From assembly GCF_009914755.1 (NCBI RefSeq), contig NC_060930.1: a stretch of DNA of 64,000 bases, one strand, 5' to 3'. Made by a program: the position numbers and the translations under genes. Positions within the stretch are counted from its first letter, which is position 1. Every line of letters starts with the position of its first letter. Of this stretch, positions 18,476 to 45,124 are shown piece after piece. Source of the stretch: the human T2T-CHM13v2.0 reference genome, Homo sapiens. The notes under the pieces were generated by a model. The model saw nothing but the letters and a program-made list of their open reading frames with translations. It was not told the origin of the DNA and did not search any database.

Positions 18476-19514
18476 CTAACAACAAACTTTCTATCTTTCC
18501 CATCACAGTATCAAAATATATTTACCTCTATCATATTTTCACTGATACTCTAAAATGACCACTAACTAAACTGAAAAACTGACCCCATAGTACTATGAGT
18601 TCATAGACATGCCCAACCTGAAACCCAACTGTACTTGAATAAGAGCCTCCTGGAGTCACAGTGCATTACCCTGGAGGAGTGGGAATTCTGGACAAAAGTA
18701 GCATGCTACACAGAGAGGTGCTCCTGGGCAGATGGGACTTTCAGGACCCCACAGCTTAGCCTGCATGTGGGAGCAGCTGGTGTGTACTAATTCCAGATGA
18801 ATTCTCACTCACTAAGATATTGATAAGTGATCTGCAGGCATTTCTCCTTATGTTTATTAAAAAAAGCCATACAACTGAGTTTTTTGTGATCTTGACCAGT
18901 TTTAACCCTAAGTCTGATCCAGCATTTACTGACATTGCTTAAAGCCAGTACTAAATGATTTATGCTCAATTCTAAAGTCCTGGGTTGAATCACTTGGTCC
19001 TTCCAGATTGACCAAGGAAAATACCATGTGCTGGCAAAGGTCACCGTTAATGAGGGAAACAAATTATCCCTGAGGCTCAGTCCTAGCCCCTCTGTGTGTT
19101 CCTTTTCAACATCCAATGTGACCTCGTCTTTCTCTAAGTACTCTTAGCACTTATCTGTCCTCTTTTGGGGCCATTTTCATCCTCTGTCATTTGCATAGTT
19201 GTGTCTGTGTATATTTCTTATTATTTTGTATATTTCTTGAGAATATCTTCTCCCTTCTTATGTATTTCACAGTACTGATCATAGCACCTTACTATCCGAT
19301 GCTAAACAAATATTTGTTCCTTTGAATTTATTAATTCTCTATGCTTTTTCTTTTAGAGGTGTCATGGAGTCTCACAGCTTCAGCTAAGATCTTTTAGTAC
19401 GTAAATTCTGTTGGGTATCTCCAACTGCTTCCTAAATGGTTCTACCCAGTAACCTACTTTCATTGCTAATTCCAAAAAGCTAATACTGAAACAGTCCCTC
19501 CCTTAGTCTCTCCC

Positions 19515-19902
19515 TGTTATGAGCTGAATTGTGTCTCCCTGCTCCCTCCACCAAATTCATATGTTGAATTCCTAACTCCCAGTACCTCAGAATGTGACCG
19601 TATTTGAAGATAGGGTCTTTAAAGATGTAATTAAGGTAAACGTAAAATGAGGTCTTATGGCTGATTGTCTTTATGCAAAGAGGATATTAGGACTCAGACA
19701 CACACAGTTGGAAGACCATGTGAAGACACAAGAGAGAAGACAGCCATCTGTAAGCTAACGAGAGAGGGTGCAAAAGAAACCAAACCTACAAACACTTTGA
19801 CTTTGAACTTCTGGCCTCCAGAACCATAAGAAAATAAATTTCTGTGGTTTAAACTACCTAGTCTGTGGTATTTTGTTATGGCAGTCCTACTAAACGAATG
19901 TA
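19515..19902 (+). mobile_element. MLT1-family LTR
   Basis: Starts tgttatgagctgaattgtgtctccc; ends ggtattttgttatggcagtcctactaaacgaatgtac. Confidence 0.82.
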
Positions 19903-21849
19903 CTTCCTTTACCTGAATTATAAGCTGACTTTCCCAATACACCTCCACATTTCTGTCATGTACCAGCATTCTCTCAGGCATAACTATCTGGGAGTCTTTT
20001 TTTCTAGTACTCTCACTCTTCTCATCATTAATTGTTTTGCTTTTTTTAAAAAAATTACCCCTTATTGGCACAGCTATTACTCTAGTCCTCCTCAGTTTTG
20101 ATTCTTATTTCATAGCCTCAACACATTTTCCTCAAATACAGTTTTATATAGATCTCAGTATCTGATTTCTCTGTTATAATATACTCCCACATGCTTTCTG
20201 AGTGCCACTCATATGAAATGATCAACAATTCAACCATATCTTTGCCCATATTATTGCCTTTGTTGGGAGTGGCCTTTCTTCTCTTCCCCAGGGCTTAGTG
20301 GTTTGTGGATCTGGACATGTAACTACATGCCTTCTTGTTGACCTCTTATATCCCCTGTACTTCTGAACTTGGCATATGTTCTTGACTTCCCTAGTCTCAA
20401 CCTCCAAATCTACCTCTCTGCTCTGTTCCTACTCCAGTTACAGTTTAAAATATTAGATTAACATTGAATACTCCCTGATTTCAAAGAGGCACTTCTCCAT
20501 ATAGTTATACCACATATATAGGTGGCAGATACTGAAGATTAATATAGCGTTAAGTTAGAGTTTTTGGTTTCGTGTCAGATTTTTTATTAACTCGGTGGCT
20601 TTGGGAAAGTGCTAACACTTTTTTTCAGCCTCAACTCTAAAGTAAAGATAAAAATATGTGATTTCACTTGAGCATTATGAAGAAAAATAGATTAAGTATG
20701 TGAAAGATTTGTAAGGCATCTACAAAACAATATTTGGTATTATTTGTTGAGTTTGGCCTTCTTGATGCTTCCCATATTGTCTTTTATTGCCATGAATCCT
20801 GTCTTCCCAAGTGCCTGACAAACTCGTTTGGGGCCTAAATTATAGGTAATATATTCTTTCTGACTCTTAAAGTACCTAGTCATCATTTAATACTGATTTT
20901 TTTTTAAAAGCTAACTCCTAAAATCACAGTAGTTGAAAAGCCTTTTAAGTAGGGTGATTATTTAATTAACTTTGCATGACATGGTTCTAGCTCACCCTTG
21001 TAATCTCGGCATCATTATTATAGTATATTTCTTACTCTCAAAAGTGTGCTTATTTGGACAACAGATTATATGGTCACTCTCCCCATAAGTATCCTGGCTT
21101 AAACAGAACCACAGAAGTTTGTTTCATGAAGATAAAAAGAACATAGAGCAAACTTTTTTCTGTGGGAAAGAAGAACATGAAAGAGAGAGAGTTGAGTCTC
21201 TACTTGGGAGAATATTTCATCTAGCAGAGATTGTAAAGTCTGTGGGTAAAATTTATTGTACTTAAATGTTTGCATGTCAGATAAGACAAACCAGCTGCAC
21301 TTCACTACAATTGCCAAGTTTGGTCTTTGCATTTAACTTTTGGCAGATGTGCTTGTACGCTATTCAGGTCAAAAAGCTATTAATCAAACTGTTAAAATGT
21401 GTTGTTAAAAGTTGAAGATGTAGTCTATGTTCTGATCTTAAACAGTTTTTATTTGTTTTTATTACTCAAGTAATACATAGTTACTCAATACATACTCAAC
21501 ATACATACTTTTATTGTCTAGTTAAAATTATATCAAAATATATAGACTGAAAAATGTCTCTCTCCATCATCACTCACCCCTCATTTACCTAATCTCACTT
21601 TTCCATATGTAAACCAATTTTAACCAGAAACAACGCAAAATAAATATTGAGTATGAATGAATTGTAAATATCAAGACGTTCCATAAAAGTAACAAATTAC
21701 TAACTTTTAATAAATAGTCCAACTTTTCTGGAAGAAAATTTGTCAAAATACATCAGTGTTAAACATGCAGTTTTAGACTCAGCAATTTCAATTCAAAGAA
21801 ATAATTGGACAAGCATACAAGGATATACATGTAAAGATATTCATTGCAA

Positions 21850-24802
<2,953 letters not shown>

Positions 24803-24813
24803 AAAGATATTCC

Positions 24814-30997
<6,184 letters not shown>

Positions 30998-31210
30998 AAA
31001 GGTATTCCTTGCAATGTAGTTTGTGATAATGAAAATCTAGACATAGTTTAATGTCTTATAATTAGAAATTAGTTAAATATATTATGGTATAGTCATGCAA
31101 TGGAATACTATGGAACTATAAAAAATGATGATGTAGTGCTGTATTTATTGATATTGCAGGAGGTCCACAATATGTCATGAAATGAACAAAAGTAGATTCC
31201 AAACACTTTA

Positions 31211-31540
<330 letters not shown>

Positions 31541-31544
31541 AGCA

Positions 31545-31735
31545 GTATATATAGTATGATTACAAGTGCATGTATATATTTATACATAAATTTATGTATA
31601 AGTATGTGTATATATGTATTTAAATAAGTATATGTATAAATATATACATATATAACATATGTGTATGTATATTTATTTAAGCACATATATAAATGTATAC
31701 ATACACATATAAATATACTTTAAGCATTTATGTAT
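31545..31735. repeat. Degenerate (TA)n / (TATG)n tract
   Basis: Directly visible low-complexity sequence. Confidence 0.8.
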
Positions 31736-31830
31736 ATTGATTGAAAAAAGTACATGGAGAAAAATACAAAAGTGTTCATGGTAGTTATTTTTAAGTGATA
31801 TAATATTGCCATTTTTTACTCATTTTATGA

Positions 31831-32106
31831 CTTTTTTTTTTTTTGAGACACAGTCTCACTCTGTCACCCAGTCTGGAGTGCAGTGGCACGATCTCAGCTC
31901 ATTGCAACCTCCACCTCCCGGATTTCAAGCAGTTCTCCTGCCTCAGCCTCCCCAGTAGCTGGGACTACAGGCGTGCTGCCATGCCTAACTAATTTTTGTA
32001 TTTTTAGCAGAGAAGGGGTTTCATCATGTTGGCCAGGCTTGTCTCCAACTTCTGACTTCAGCGTCCCAAAATGCTGGAATTACAGGCGTTAGCCACCACG
32101 CCCAGC
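31831..32106 (-). mobile_element. AluS with a small internal deletion
   Basis: Poly-T followed by antisense Alu body. Confidence 0.9.
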
Positions 32107-33562
32107 TGTACTTTGTAACATTTTTGATACCAACTTTATTTTTCATAATAAGGATATGTTACTTCTAGAATCAGAAGAAGAAACCTCTTTGTTTTAAAAA
32201 ACTTCACCCAAAAAGTCATCCATTCAAGAGTTGTTTTTCTCCACCCCAGCTGATGTGACAAAATGCTGCCAACAATTTTGATGCCAATAATGACTTCTAC
32301 ATATTAAATACTTCTACATACTGACAAAAAATTATCTCTTAACAGCATGAATTGAATTTTATAAAAAAAAAAATTTGATTGGGAATATCTGCTCCAGTAC
32401 TTAGAGGTTTAACTAGTAGCAAACCACTGGTTTATTTTGGAGTGAATCAATCTACATTGATTCTATGGAAAGAGTCCTAAATCTCTCTCCTGTCAAAGGA
32501 AATATTTGGCATGAAAAAAGGCAGCTTGTATATTTGCTTGACAGCATGTTGTGGTTTAATGAATTAGAACCATAATTTTTAGCTTTGTTCTTAAAAACAG
32601 ACTGATTTTAGAGAAATAGAAATAAAATGTATGGAGGTGATAGAAAATACAAATTTCCCAGGTACTAAAGGAGGGCCTGTTTTACTCCTTGTTTTAAATC
32701 CCTCCTGAGTGCCAAATCTTAACTACCAATTGCCTGATGCTTATCTCCACATGAACAGCTACACAGGCACCTTAACTCATTTACAAAATTTAATGTGTCA
32801 TCTTCTTCCTACAAATCTTCCATTTCTTCCTCAGTTCTACAACATATATCTAAGAGCAAAAACCATCCTTCCCAACACCCGGATTAAAATAACCTCTAAG
32901 TCTGGATGAAAAGAATGGAGGGATGGGAATAGGATAGAAGGGATGAGGGGGGAATGGCATTTTTGTGACTTTTATAACCATAGTCACAACCATTTTGTGA
33001 CATTTATAACCATATCAATGTTTCATACATTCAATAAATAAAACCAACAGGATGGGTGGGGAGAGGGGACCTGAAATGGAATACTAACTATAACAAATGA
33101 ACCTAACCATATTACGAATGAATAACAACCGCACTGAAGGGTGTGGAGAAGAAAAAGAACAAATCTCAATAACTCTGGAAAATAATATTTTCACTACATG
33201 CTGTATGGCTAAAAGACAAAAAGCTGTGCACAAATAGAAATGCACATGACTAAAACTGTATACAAAGAATTATATACAAATATTGTACTTTAGCTAGTAA
33301 GTTTATTTTTCACAGGGGTATGAAATGGCAATTCTGCATCTACTTTATATATATATATTATAGGATTGAGCAAACTAATTTAGATTTTAAAAGACAAAGA
33401 AGGTCTGTAAATAATTCCTGAGAGCCAGGGATCTCACTGTTGGAGAAAAAAGTCAAAAATGAATAAATAAAAGGAAAGGGAGAAGGGTAGAATGAATCTT
33501 GTGATATATAAGCTATTAATTTGAACTACAAATTAAACTGTAAATTGTATGTATATATAGAG

Positions 33563-33675
33563 AGGGTGGTAGGGTGGTGTGATGATGGTGGTGGTAGCGG
33601 GGTTTGGTGGTGGTGGTAGTGGGTGGTGGTGGTGGTAGGGTGGTGGTAGGGGAGCAGTAGTGGTGGTGGTGTGTG
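33563..33675 (+). repeat. (GGT)n-rich tract, G-quadruplex prone
   Basis: gggtggtagggtggt...ggtggtggtggtagggtggtggtaggggg. Confidence 0.8.
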
Positions 33676-34138
33676 CGTGTCTGTGCATACTTAGGATATG
33701 TTTCCTAAATCTGTATGCAGAGAGGGCCTGGAATCAACACTACTGTACCAACGAGCATGCCTAGCAACCAGGTCTTATTTCTAAATATCATTCTCTCATT
33801 AAAAAGAACCAGGGCTCTTTGGAAAGTGCTTGATACCAGGGCAGGGGAAAGAAATGTAAAAGATGGGTCTGTAACATTGTGTGGTGTTGAGAAGTAAGAA
33901 GGTGCTCAAAAACAGATGGGGACATGTTGACAGGATACAGGAGCCACCTGAGGGAACTCCCAGTAGTAAAATTGGGCATAATTTAAACAAAATAATACAT
34001 AAGGAGAGTAATGGACCATACTCTATAGAATAAAATAAGTTTCCATGAGTTCACTGATACAAACAATTGAATAAATAATAAATAAATAAGTGGTGGAAGA
34101 GGGGAACATGCTCTCTTTTTTTTAACAGTAGAATTCTA

Positions 34139-34504
<366 letters not shown>

Positions 34505-35096
34505 TTAATAATTGTTTCAATCAAGAATCACTAATGGCTACTAACATCATGCTAACACATGATGAGAAACAGGATATTTACATAGCCTTGAATATGTCCC
34601 CTCAAGATAGTCACAGATTATAAACGGAAAAATAGAAACTTTTCAGTGGAGAAACCTAGCAGATAGCATCTTAACCAAATGACAGAAGTTATCATTACCA
34701 GTAGTGAGATGTTCCAGCACCATATGTCTCCTAATACATGTACTGAGAAAGGCACAACATCTTCTCTTGGGAGGACATAATTCTGCCAAAAATGCACAGT
34801 CTGAATTTAATCATGAGGAAACATAGGCAGTCTACAGAATGACTGACTAGTAATCTTCAAAAATAGCAGGGACATGAAAGACAAAGCAAGGCTCAAGAAC
34901 TATCCCAGACAAAGGAGACTGAGAAACCATGACGACTAAATGCAACGCGGGATCATGGATCAGAAAAAAAGACATCAGTGGGACAATGTCTTTGGGGATA
35001 GCTGAAGGTCGATAGGTAATTTTTGATGTTACTTCTCACTTTTTATACACCTGAAATTATTCTGAAGTGAAGAGTAATAAAAACTTTAGACATTTG

Positions 35097-35441
<345 letters not shown>

Positions 35442-36067
35442 TCACAGACTGGTACACTGTGCTGAGGGAATGACGAGAACAAAGAGATGAGGAGTGGAAG
35501 CTTGGGAAGGCTGGGCACAGGTGGGGCCTTCGGGGGATGGCCCTGGGAAGCAGGGCTCGGGGCAGAAATGAAGGGGGTTGCATGTCACAATGGAGAGCAA
35601 AATTTTAACAGCTACAAAATTGGACCCTCATATAAAGTGGTGGATTCCCCTTCATTCCCCTCTCCCTCCATATTATGAGGAGGATTTTCTTCCTTTAAAT
35701 AATAAAAATTATTATCTTACTAATTTATTTTCATTTGTGTAATATGACAAACCCAAAAGAATGTGCTGCTACATAATTTAAAATAACATAAAGAAAATGC
35801 ATTTTAGAATGAAGCAGTTATAGGAGAAAACCAAACCTAAAACAAACAAAATCTGAATCATTTTGATTCTGCATTCTCCTCTCTGCCGGCCTTGCTTTTC
35901 CTGCCTCCCCCACCCTATTCTCCCTTATTCCATCTGTCACCAAGCCCTGCCAATTATAACTTCACACTATTTCTTACACTAGGATTCAAATCTAAAGGCC
36001 TCAGGTTTCATCTTTCCTCTGTACTTACTAGCCCTACTACTGTGGACGATTCTCTCTGTGCCTGAAT

Positions 36068-36122
36068 TTCTCTCTCTCTTTCTCTCTGTCTCTCTCTCTC
36101 TTTTTCTGTGTGTGTGTGTGTT
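36068..36122. repeat. Compound (TC)n-(TG)n microsatellite
   Basis: Directly visible. Confidence 0.85.
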
Positions 36123-37755
36123 TGAGGGGAAGGTAGGAGTCCAGTAAGATAATGCACATGCCCTTTATAAACAATAATCTATTATGAAATGCTAAGGTTT
36201 ATTTGGGGCTTTAATGTGTATTATCTCGATGAGTGGTTTCCAAATTTTATGATTTTATGAAACTAAAAAGTTTGATTAACTGATAGAATTTTCAACTTGA
36301 TAAAATAAAAAAAATCTCCTTACTATACCATTTCATATGAATAAAAGAAAGGACATTTTAACAAAAAAAGGACATATTCTCAGAAAAAAGGTCTTTCCCA
36401 ACCTTGCATTGTGTTACATTTCTATACCCATGGTTCTTTCTTTTTCTCCTTTTAAGCAGACTGACCCTATGCCATCAATGGTTCTAGGGTCAGCATTTAG
36501 GAATTGTCCTGGACTAAAATGTCCGAAGTGATAACTTCCTGAGCTCCTTGTATCCAATCTTGCCTTCTTTTCCAGTCCACCCTATGCTCGGCATCCAACA
36601 ATTTTTTGTTAAATGAATCAATGGACAGATACTCATTTTGAAACCAATGAAGAATTGAGCCTGATTATTTTGGAGTTAATTAAAGTGAGGAGATATAGGA
36701 GACAGATGAGCCAGCATATTCATACTTGGATATAGAGAGGAGAGCTGAGAATCTATTTTCCACTTCTTTTCTCTTACATTTTCTGATTTACTGTTCAGTG
36801 ATTTTACCTAAGTTGAGGGTGTGTCTTTAAAGTAGCAGAACCTTGCTGGAATAATAAATACATAAATGGAAGTGCTCCTCAGGGGCAGAGGGGTTTAATT
36901 TATTCTGCAGGCAGTGGAGGTGGTGGTTTAGCATATGAGTCTCTTTCTTTTGCCAAGCACCACTTGGCAAATCCACAGAAGGATTGACGTTCTTTGTCTG
37001 CTAAAACCTGGGGAGAGAGAAATGGAGCAGACACCCTCCCATGGGACCCCCCAACTTTTCATCGCTGTGTTTACTCTATACATCTATATGAAATTATTTA
37101 CTGAAGGCTAAGGGTAATTTCAAAAATAACTTACAATATGGGAGGGACAAGTGTTGAAGTTTAAGCCCTCTTGGACTTTCCCTGCATCAGAAGCCAAGGC
37201 CTGCAGATGCATTGTCCATTTTGGACTTGGCTTTTCAGCCCTTATAGTTGCATCTGCACCTTATACTCCCTCTGTCCTCACAAGCACCTGGGGCTTCAAG
37301 TATCTTAGTCCAGGAACTTTAGCCCCTCTTGAGAACCTTCAGCTCCTCTGCATGAGAGCAGATCTAGAATAGAATAAACACCCTGGGCTTCAGCTCTGAG
37401 TGGGCAAGGATACTTGCTGTTCATTGCTGTCCTGTCTCGTGTGCCTGTATGAGCTCGTGTGTGTGTATGTTCGTGTGTGTGTGCACGCATGTGTACATGT
37501 TGAGGGATCTGAAAATCGGGTAGTGGATGGGCTCCAGACCCTTGAGTATGGTTTACTGTGTGCCTTCTAGTTTGAACTCAATCTTCCCATAGGTAAGAAT
37601 GATGAGGCTGTTGGCTTCTTTATTAGTTGACTCAAATGACCACATTTTTCAAAGTTAGACATTAATTTTTCTTTAATAAATCATAGTTTAAACTTGGGTT
37701 GCTATTTTCTCTACTAGCGTAGTTCTGGTTTGGCCTTTAGAAACAACAGTCCCCG

Positions 37756-37817
37756 GCCGGGTGCAGTGGCTCACACCTGTAATCCCAGCACTTTGGGAGG
37801 CCGAGGCAGGCGGATCA
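37756..37817 (+). mobile_element. Alu 5'-end-only fragment (about 62 nt)
   Basis: ggccgggtgcagtggctcacacctgtaatcccagcactttgggaggccgaggcaggcggatca, then unique sequence. Confidence 0.88.
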
Positions 37818-38219
37818 AGAAGTACCTTTATTTCTTTATTAAAGTATCTTGATTCAAAAGGTTTCCCTCTTACCAAAAAGGGATAGGGAAAGTTGCCAGT
37901 TAAATTTTCCATCCTAATAGTAATGTTGCTGTGAGAGAAGGAGATTTTGGAGAAATAGGTAACTGATTTCAAACACATGATGCTTTAGGGCTATTTATTT
38001 ATTTTTGCTTAAAGGTCTTTGTTGTAAAAACAGAAGTAAGATCTGACGGTCCTAAGAACAGGATGCCACTGCTTCCATACCTAGTGTGGATAGGACCTTT
38101 TTTCTTCTTTTATTATCCTTCCTACCTGTTGAAAGACTGTTGTCAGTCAGAGCTGAAACCCAGGTTGGCCCTGAGCTCAAATCATAGTCAAGTATGGTAG
38201 TCTTAAGAATGGGAGAGTC

Positions 38220-38852
<633 letters not shown>

Positions 38853-40619
38853 AAGAATGGGAGAAATATACCTAACAATAAACCTGCAGATTATTAATTC
38901 TATGAGTGTTGAAGTCAAGAATGAGTTCAGACTGAATGTGATGTAACTCTGGTTCTGCTTTTCTTTGCTTTCTCCATGGCACTTATTCAGGATAGGCACT
39001 TCAGAAGACATTCCTATTTACTGGCTGGGAGGCCAAAAGCTAAGACAGAACTTTCAGTCTCACTCTTAGGGGTCACAAAATTATTGCTTTCCAATTTAAA
39101 CTGTTTCACTTCCAAATTTGAGCCCCCAAATATGAAATACTGCCTCACCTGTGCCTTTTATGCTGAAAATATAAAATATTTTAGGAAAAGAAACACATTT
39201 TAAATATTAATATCTGCTAAGTAATTTTGTTATTAATTTAGTTTTTGAGCAGAGTTACATTTGAAAAAATATATAAAAGTTTGAATATGGATAGAGAGAT
39301 AGATAGAGTCATTCCAGGTTATTTAACTGTTGACTCTTTAAGTGCTGCATTTAAGTACATACTTGAATCATTGGAAGGCATTTTTGACTTTTCAGTGTTT
39401 TCCCCAGCACTTTTCCATGGGTTTAATTGAGTGCTGGGTTGTTGAGTCTTAAATTGTACATTAAAAATTAGGTGTCCAACAAATATAAGAAAATTATGTG
39501 GTTATCCACTTATGGTTAAGAAATAAATATATAAAATGTCATCACTAAGACATTTTATGTATTTAGCCTCTAGCCTCTCAAAGGCATAACTACTAAAGCA
39601 TATTTTTCTGCCTTAATATTTTGTAACTCCATTAGGGTTAATGGATGTTCTAAACAACCTTAAGCTATTTGGAAGAGTGCCTTATATAACAATGTTGTTT
39701 ATCTTCCACAGAATAAACACTCGAAAGGCCTAGTACTTCTCTCCCTAAGCCAGTGCATTCTGGAAAGAACTCAGTCATAAGAGTCCATTATTCAAATAAA
39801 ATGACTGTTGAAGCAGAAAGTAATAACTGATTTTTTAAAGAAGATCGTTTTCTAAGATTTCTAAAATTGTCAAAAACCATTTTAAGTTACTGCAGGTGCA
39901 TTTATTCTATGAGTTGCGTTATAAATCAAAAGATTTCCTATTAACCTATTTTAGGAATAGACTTGTAATTCTCAAACTTGAGTAATGTAATGTAAAAAAG
40001 CCCTTAAAAGGAAGAAAATATTTAGATTATTAGAATACCCAGAGTTGATGTATATGATTTTTATGTCATTGTTATTGCTATGTCTTTCTATGTTTATAGC
40101 TAATATGTCCACGTAAAAGCTAAGTTTGTATATATTTATAGCTAAGATATCCACATAAAAGCCAAATACATTTACATATTAAATACAAGCCAAATGATAA
40201 AAACTAATATAATTAAAATTGACAACATTAATTTGCTAGATGATGCTTTGCTGAAATTGAAGAGCATATGTTGAGGTTAATGATAGGAAGATTTAGTCAC
40301 TTACTTTTTTACATGATTTTTTTTTTAGTGCAATAGATTATCATGTGAATCACTGTCATCATATTTATTTATATTTTAAAAATGATTTTGTTTTTATCCA
40401 CTACAATTTATTGGTGGGCCAATTTAATTGTTCACTCCAAAATGCAAGAGAGAAAATCTGACTGGAAAATCCTTCATTGTATATTTATTTTAATAGATAC
40501 TACTTGCATACTGTTGTAATTTGGCACATACAGAGACAGAATCAGAACAATACTTCCACTTGTGATACCAGTAAAGCACTGGCTGGATAACCAGGGCAGC
40601 CTCACTTATGTCTTTTTCA

Positions 40620-41011
<392 letters not shown>

Positions 41012-43862
41012 TGATGGTTGATATTTTTACTTTATAACCCACAATCTTTGATCAGCTAGCTATCTATGCTTACCAGTACATTTTAAGGCAAGCTGTGTCA
41101 TTTCAGATGCTCATATGTGTCACCAATCCCATTGGGGTCACATGAGAGGCTGGCATATGGTACAATTTGAAAATAACACAGTCATCCAGACAACCCAGGA
41201 TATGCTTTTTATGAAACTTATAAAAATGGATGGAAAAAAATGGAAAAAATAAAAAGGAAATTATAATAAAATGAAGGGACCCCAGAGAATCAATTGGTTG
41301 CAGAAATCCTGGGTTAAATCATACAAATGAAATTGCTTTGAAAACTGTAGCATGCTTTACAAGTGCCAATACTGTATTATTATGAAACAAATATAATTGG
41401 AAAGATCTGGACTTACTAGACAATAAAAAAGATTGGATTAACTCTACATGCAGACAGAAAATTCCCACAGTGAAGGTCATTAATCAGAGTTTGTAGAAAA
41501 ACAGCTGCTCCTGCCATTCCATTGGAGAAAGCACAAAACAACATAATTGCTTCATAACTGTACTCTGGGGAAGACTGACCTTGGTTCTAAGAGTTGCTTG
41601 TGTGGCCTGGTTCTGTGTGTGGGTTAGGTGAGGAGGAGGAGGTGTTGAGTGGGGAGGGGAAAGGACCCCTTCCCTCTGAAAGAAACTGAAGCATTTGATT
41701 TGGGGCTGTTCCCTGGGGCATTGTGGGGCAGAGACCCCTGGAAAGAAAGCAGTAGGTGAGATGCCTAGGTGAGAAGTAGAAGTAGATGAGAAGTCTAGGG
41801 TGGAGTCCCAAGTACATACTCGACTACTCCTAGGGCACTGACCCTAAAATAATTAACCTCGTAGGAAAAAATCATGTTCCCTATAGAAACATAAAGTTTT
41901 TACTACTTGGCCCCTAAGTGATAGATTATACGTTGTTGCTCAAAGAGAAGAAAATGCAGATGAAGTAATTCCACATGCATCAGGAAAGTCCCTTTCCTCT
42001 CTGTACTCAAGATAGCTCTCAACATTGATCTTCAAGTATTGATTAGTCAGAGAAAGGAAGATTTATTATTATTCTCTAATTTCCACTTTCTGAAATGTTA
42101 ATATTGTTTTCTTACTGAGAATGTGAACTTTTGGATGTGATTATCAGCTAATCCAGTTGGAATTCAATCTTGGCATTATAACAGGATCATATTTACACCT
42201 ACTTCAGTTTCCAAAAATCAGCCAACTGAGAGAAAATATTGTGATCAGGAATTTCAATGGGAAAGCCAAAATCTAGAGTGAAAACACATCTTCTGTGAAG
42301 GATTACATCATAAAGTGTATGCGAGCCTATCTGGAATTAGGGATAAGTACAGAGAAGTTCAGTTCAGTTCAGCCGACAGCTTTGGAGTGTCTGGTCTATG
42401 TCAGGGACTATGGTAGAGGCAGGGGTGCAGAAATGGGCAAGATAGTCTGCTTGGTCTCAAGGAGCTCATGATCAAATAATCAGTCTCATGTTAAAAACTG
42501 AAATATTCAGAATCGTTTCAGCTCAAACAGAGAGCAACTGATGTTGCCAGGATCGAGATGGATTCATGTGAAATAACTACGTCATTTTAGAACAGAACAT
42601 TGAAAAGTGCCATCAATTATAGAGCATAAAGTGAAATTGTAATTGAAAGTAGTTTCTTTGTTACTTAGATTCTTTTATTAGGCTCCTTTGTTCAAATCAA
42701 TTCTTTCTTTTAAACACAAATAAGATGATTCTGGGTAGATGGATCTTCAAGTAGATTTTAGTCCAGCTTAAATTTAAATAGGGAAAGAACAATCAGGGAT
42801 ATTCTACTAAATTGTTAGGCACCGAATTGTGTTATGTTCTTACTAAAAATAGGTATTTCTTATAATCTTCAGATGCTCTAAGCTGGCATGAATAACTAGT
42901 ACTGTAATAAAATAAGTTCTGCCAAAAAGTTAATCTGACACACAGCAATGAAATGCCTAAAGCTGTGTGTCATAGAGTCATTATCCATAAATGATAAATG
43001 ATGCTCATAAATACCAGTATTGAAAATTATTTCCCCATGGCTAAACCAAGGTCAGATTTTTTTCTTGCACTCTTTTTTAGTCCTCTATATCCATAGATAG
43101 CACCCAAGAGTGAACAGTTTTGCTGAATACTATGTTCAGGGTGAGATTCATTTCACTTCGTACCCCCACTAACCTCACTTACCATATGGATAAACTTGAA
43201 GCAAAGATATTGGATTAAACCCCATATGGTTCCTATCCTGTGTGTCTCTTCCTTCCATCCCAGGGCCAGACTCAGCTCCAAACTATGGTACCCAAGTGAG
43301 AGGGCCAGACTAGTGCATCCAAATGCTTCCCACTACCATCTCTCAGATGCATCTAGGATGTTGTGAAGCTCCAGGTAGGATGAATTCTGTCTGGGAGGTT
43401 CAGGTGACTCCCGACCATGTCATTATAGCAAGAGACGAAATTCACTGTCAAGTTATGGTAAGAACTTAGGTGAGGGTGCTGACTCAGTAAAAAGGACCTT
43501 TGCATCCTGGCACCAGAGAGATTCAGAGACAAGGGAGACAGATAAGGAAGAGGAACTGTATTGTCAGGGTTCGCTCCCTTCCCAGATCTATGCACAGGAG
43601 TGTCAGGGGACCTAACAAGTATATTTGCTGTGGAGGAAACTTCCCCACTGAGCCATCAGCAGTCCGTGTCCTGAAACCTCAGCCTCTATTACAATATTAG
43701 ATCTGTCTTGGGTCTAATAGGGAGAGAAAAGAGAGGGCCAAAGGTCCCCACCTGTGCATCTTCTTTCTTCTCCCCAGAGTTAACCACTATCTTGAATTTG
43801 ATCATTTCCCACTGACAGTATGTACTCCAGTATGTATTATTCCACTTTCAAAAAAACTTTTA

Positions 43863-44549
<687 letters not shown>

Positions 44550-45124
44550 AAGGATGGTTTTTTTTGCAGAGATTATTTACAAAGGTGTGGGAGTAGGGAA
44601 CCACAATGGATAGATAGGGCAATTAATCAGGGCTTACTCGAAGTCAATATGTTACTGTCTCTAGGTCTGAAAGGTAGAGGAAAAGGAGCTGTTACCAGAC
44701 CCAAAGTGAGAGGGTCCTTTAGAGTCTGTTGCCACCTTGAGAGAAGCAATGACAGGTTGAGGGACACAGGTGGCCTTGCAGGGAGGGGATAAATACATTG
44801 ATCTCACTTTCTTCTCTTCTTCCTATTTCCTTTTGGGGCTTTTAATTGACCTAACCTAACTGGAAGCAGAAAGCACAGAAATCTGTTTATATGGTCCATT
44901 CATTTAAGAACACAGAGCAGGGGAGGGGGCTAGAGTGGTTTTAGGTGATGGGGTGGGAAAAGGAAAATATCCAGCATATACAGTATTGTCCTATGACTTG
45001 CTTTTTTAGTTAACATTATATTTATGTGATTCATCCATGTCGATATGCTTACTGTAATTGTAGTAGTTCATTCATTTTTCACTTAAAAAATTCCATTGTA
45101 TGAATACACCAGAATTTATTTATC

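Noticed and set aside
40089-40165. Diverged tandem duplication of about 42 bp
   Set aside because: Ordinary old slippage duplication in AT-rich DNA with no sign of function.
42116-42225. Minus-strand exon-like segment (acceptor ttttctctcag, donor gtaag)
   Set aside because: Stops in all three frames and no supporting neighbouring exons; such site pairs arise by chance.
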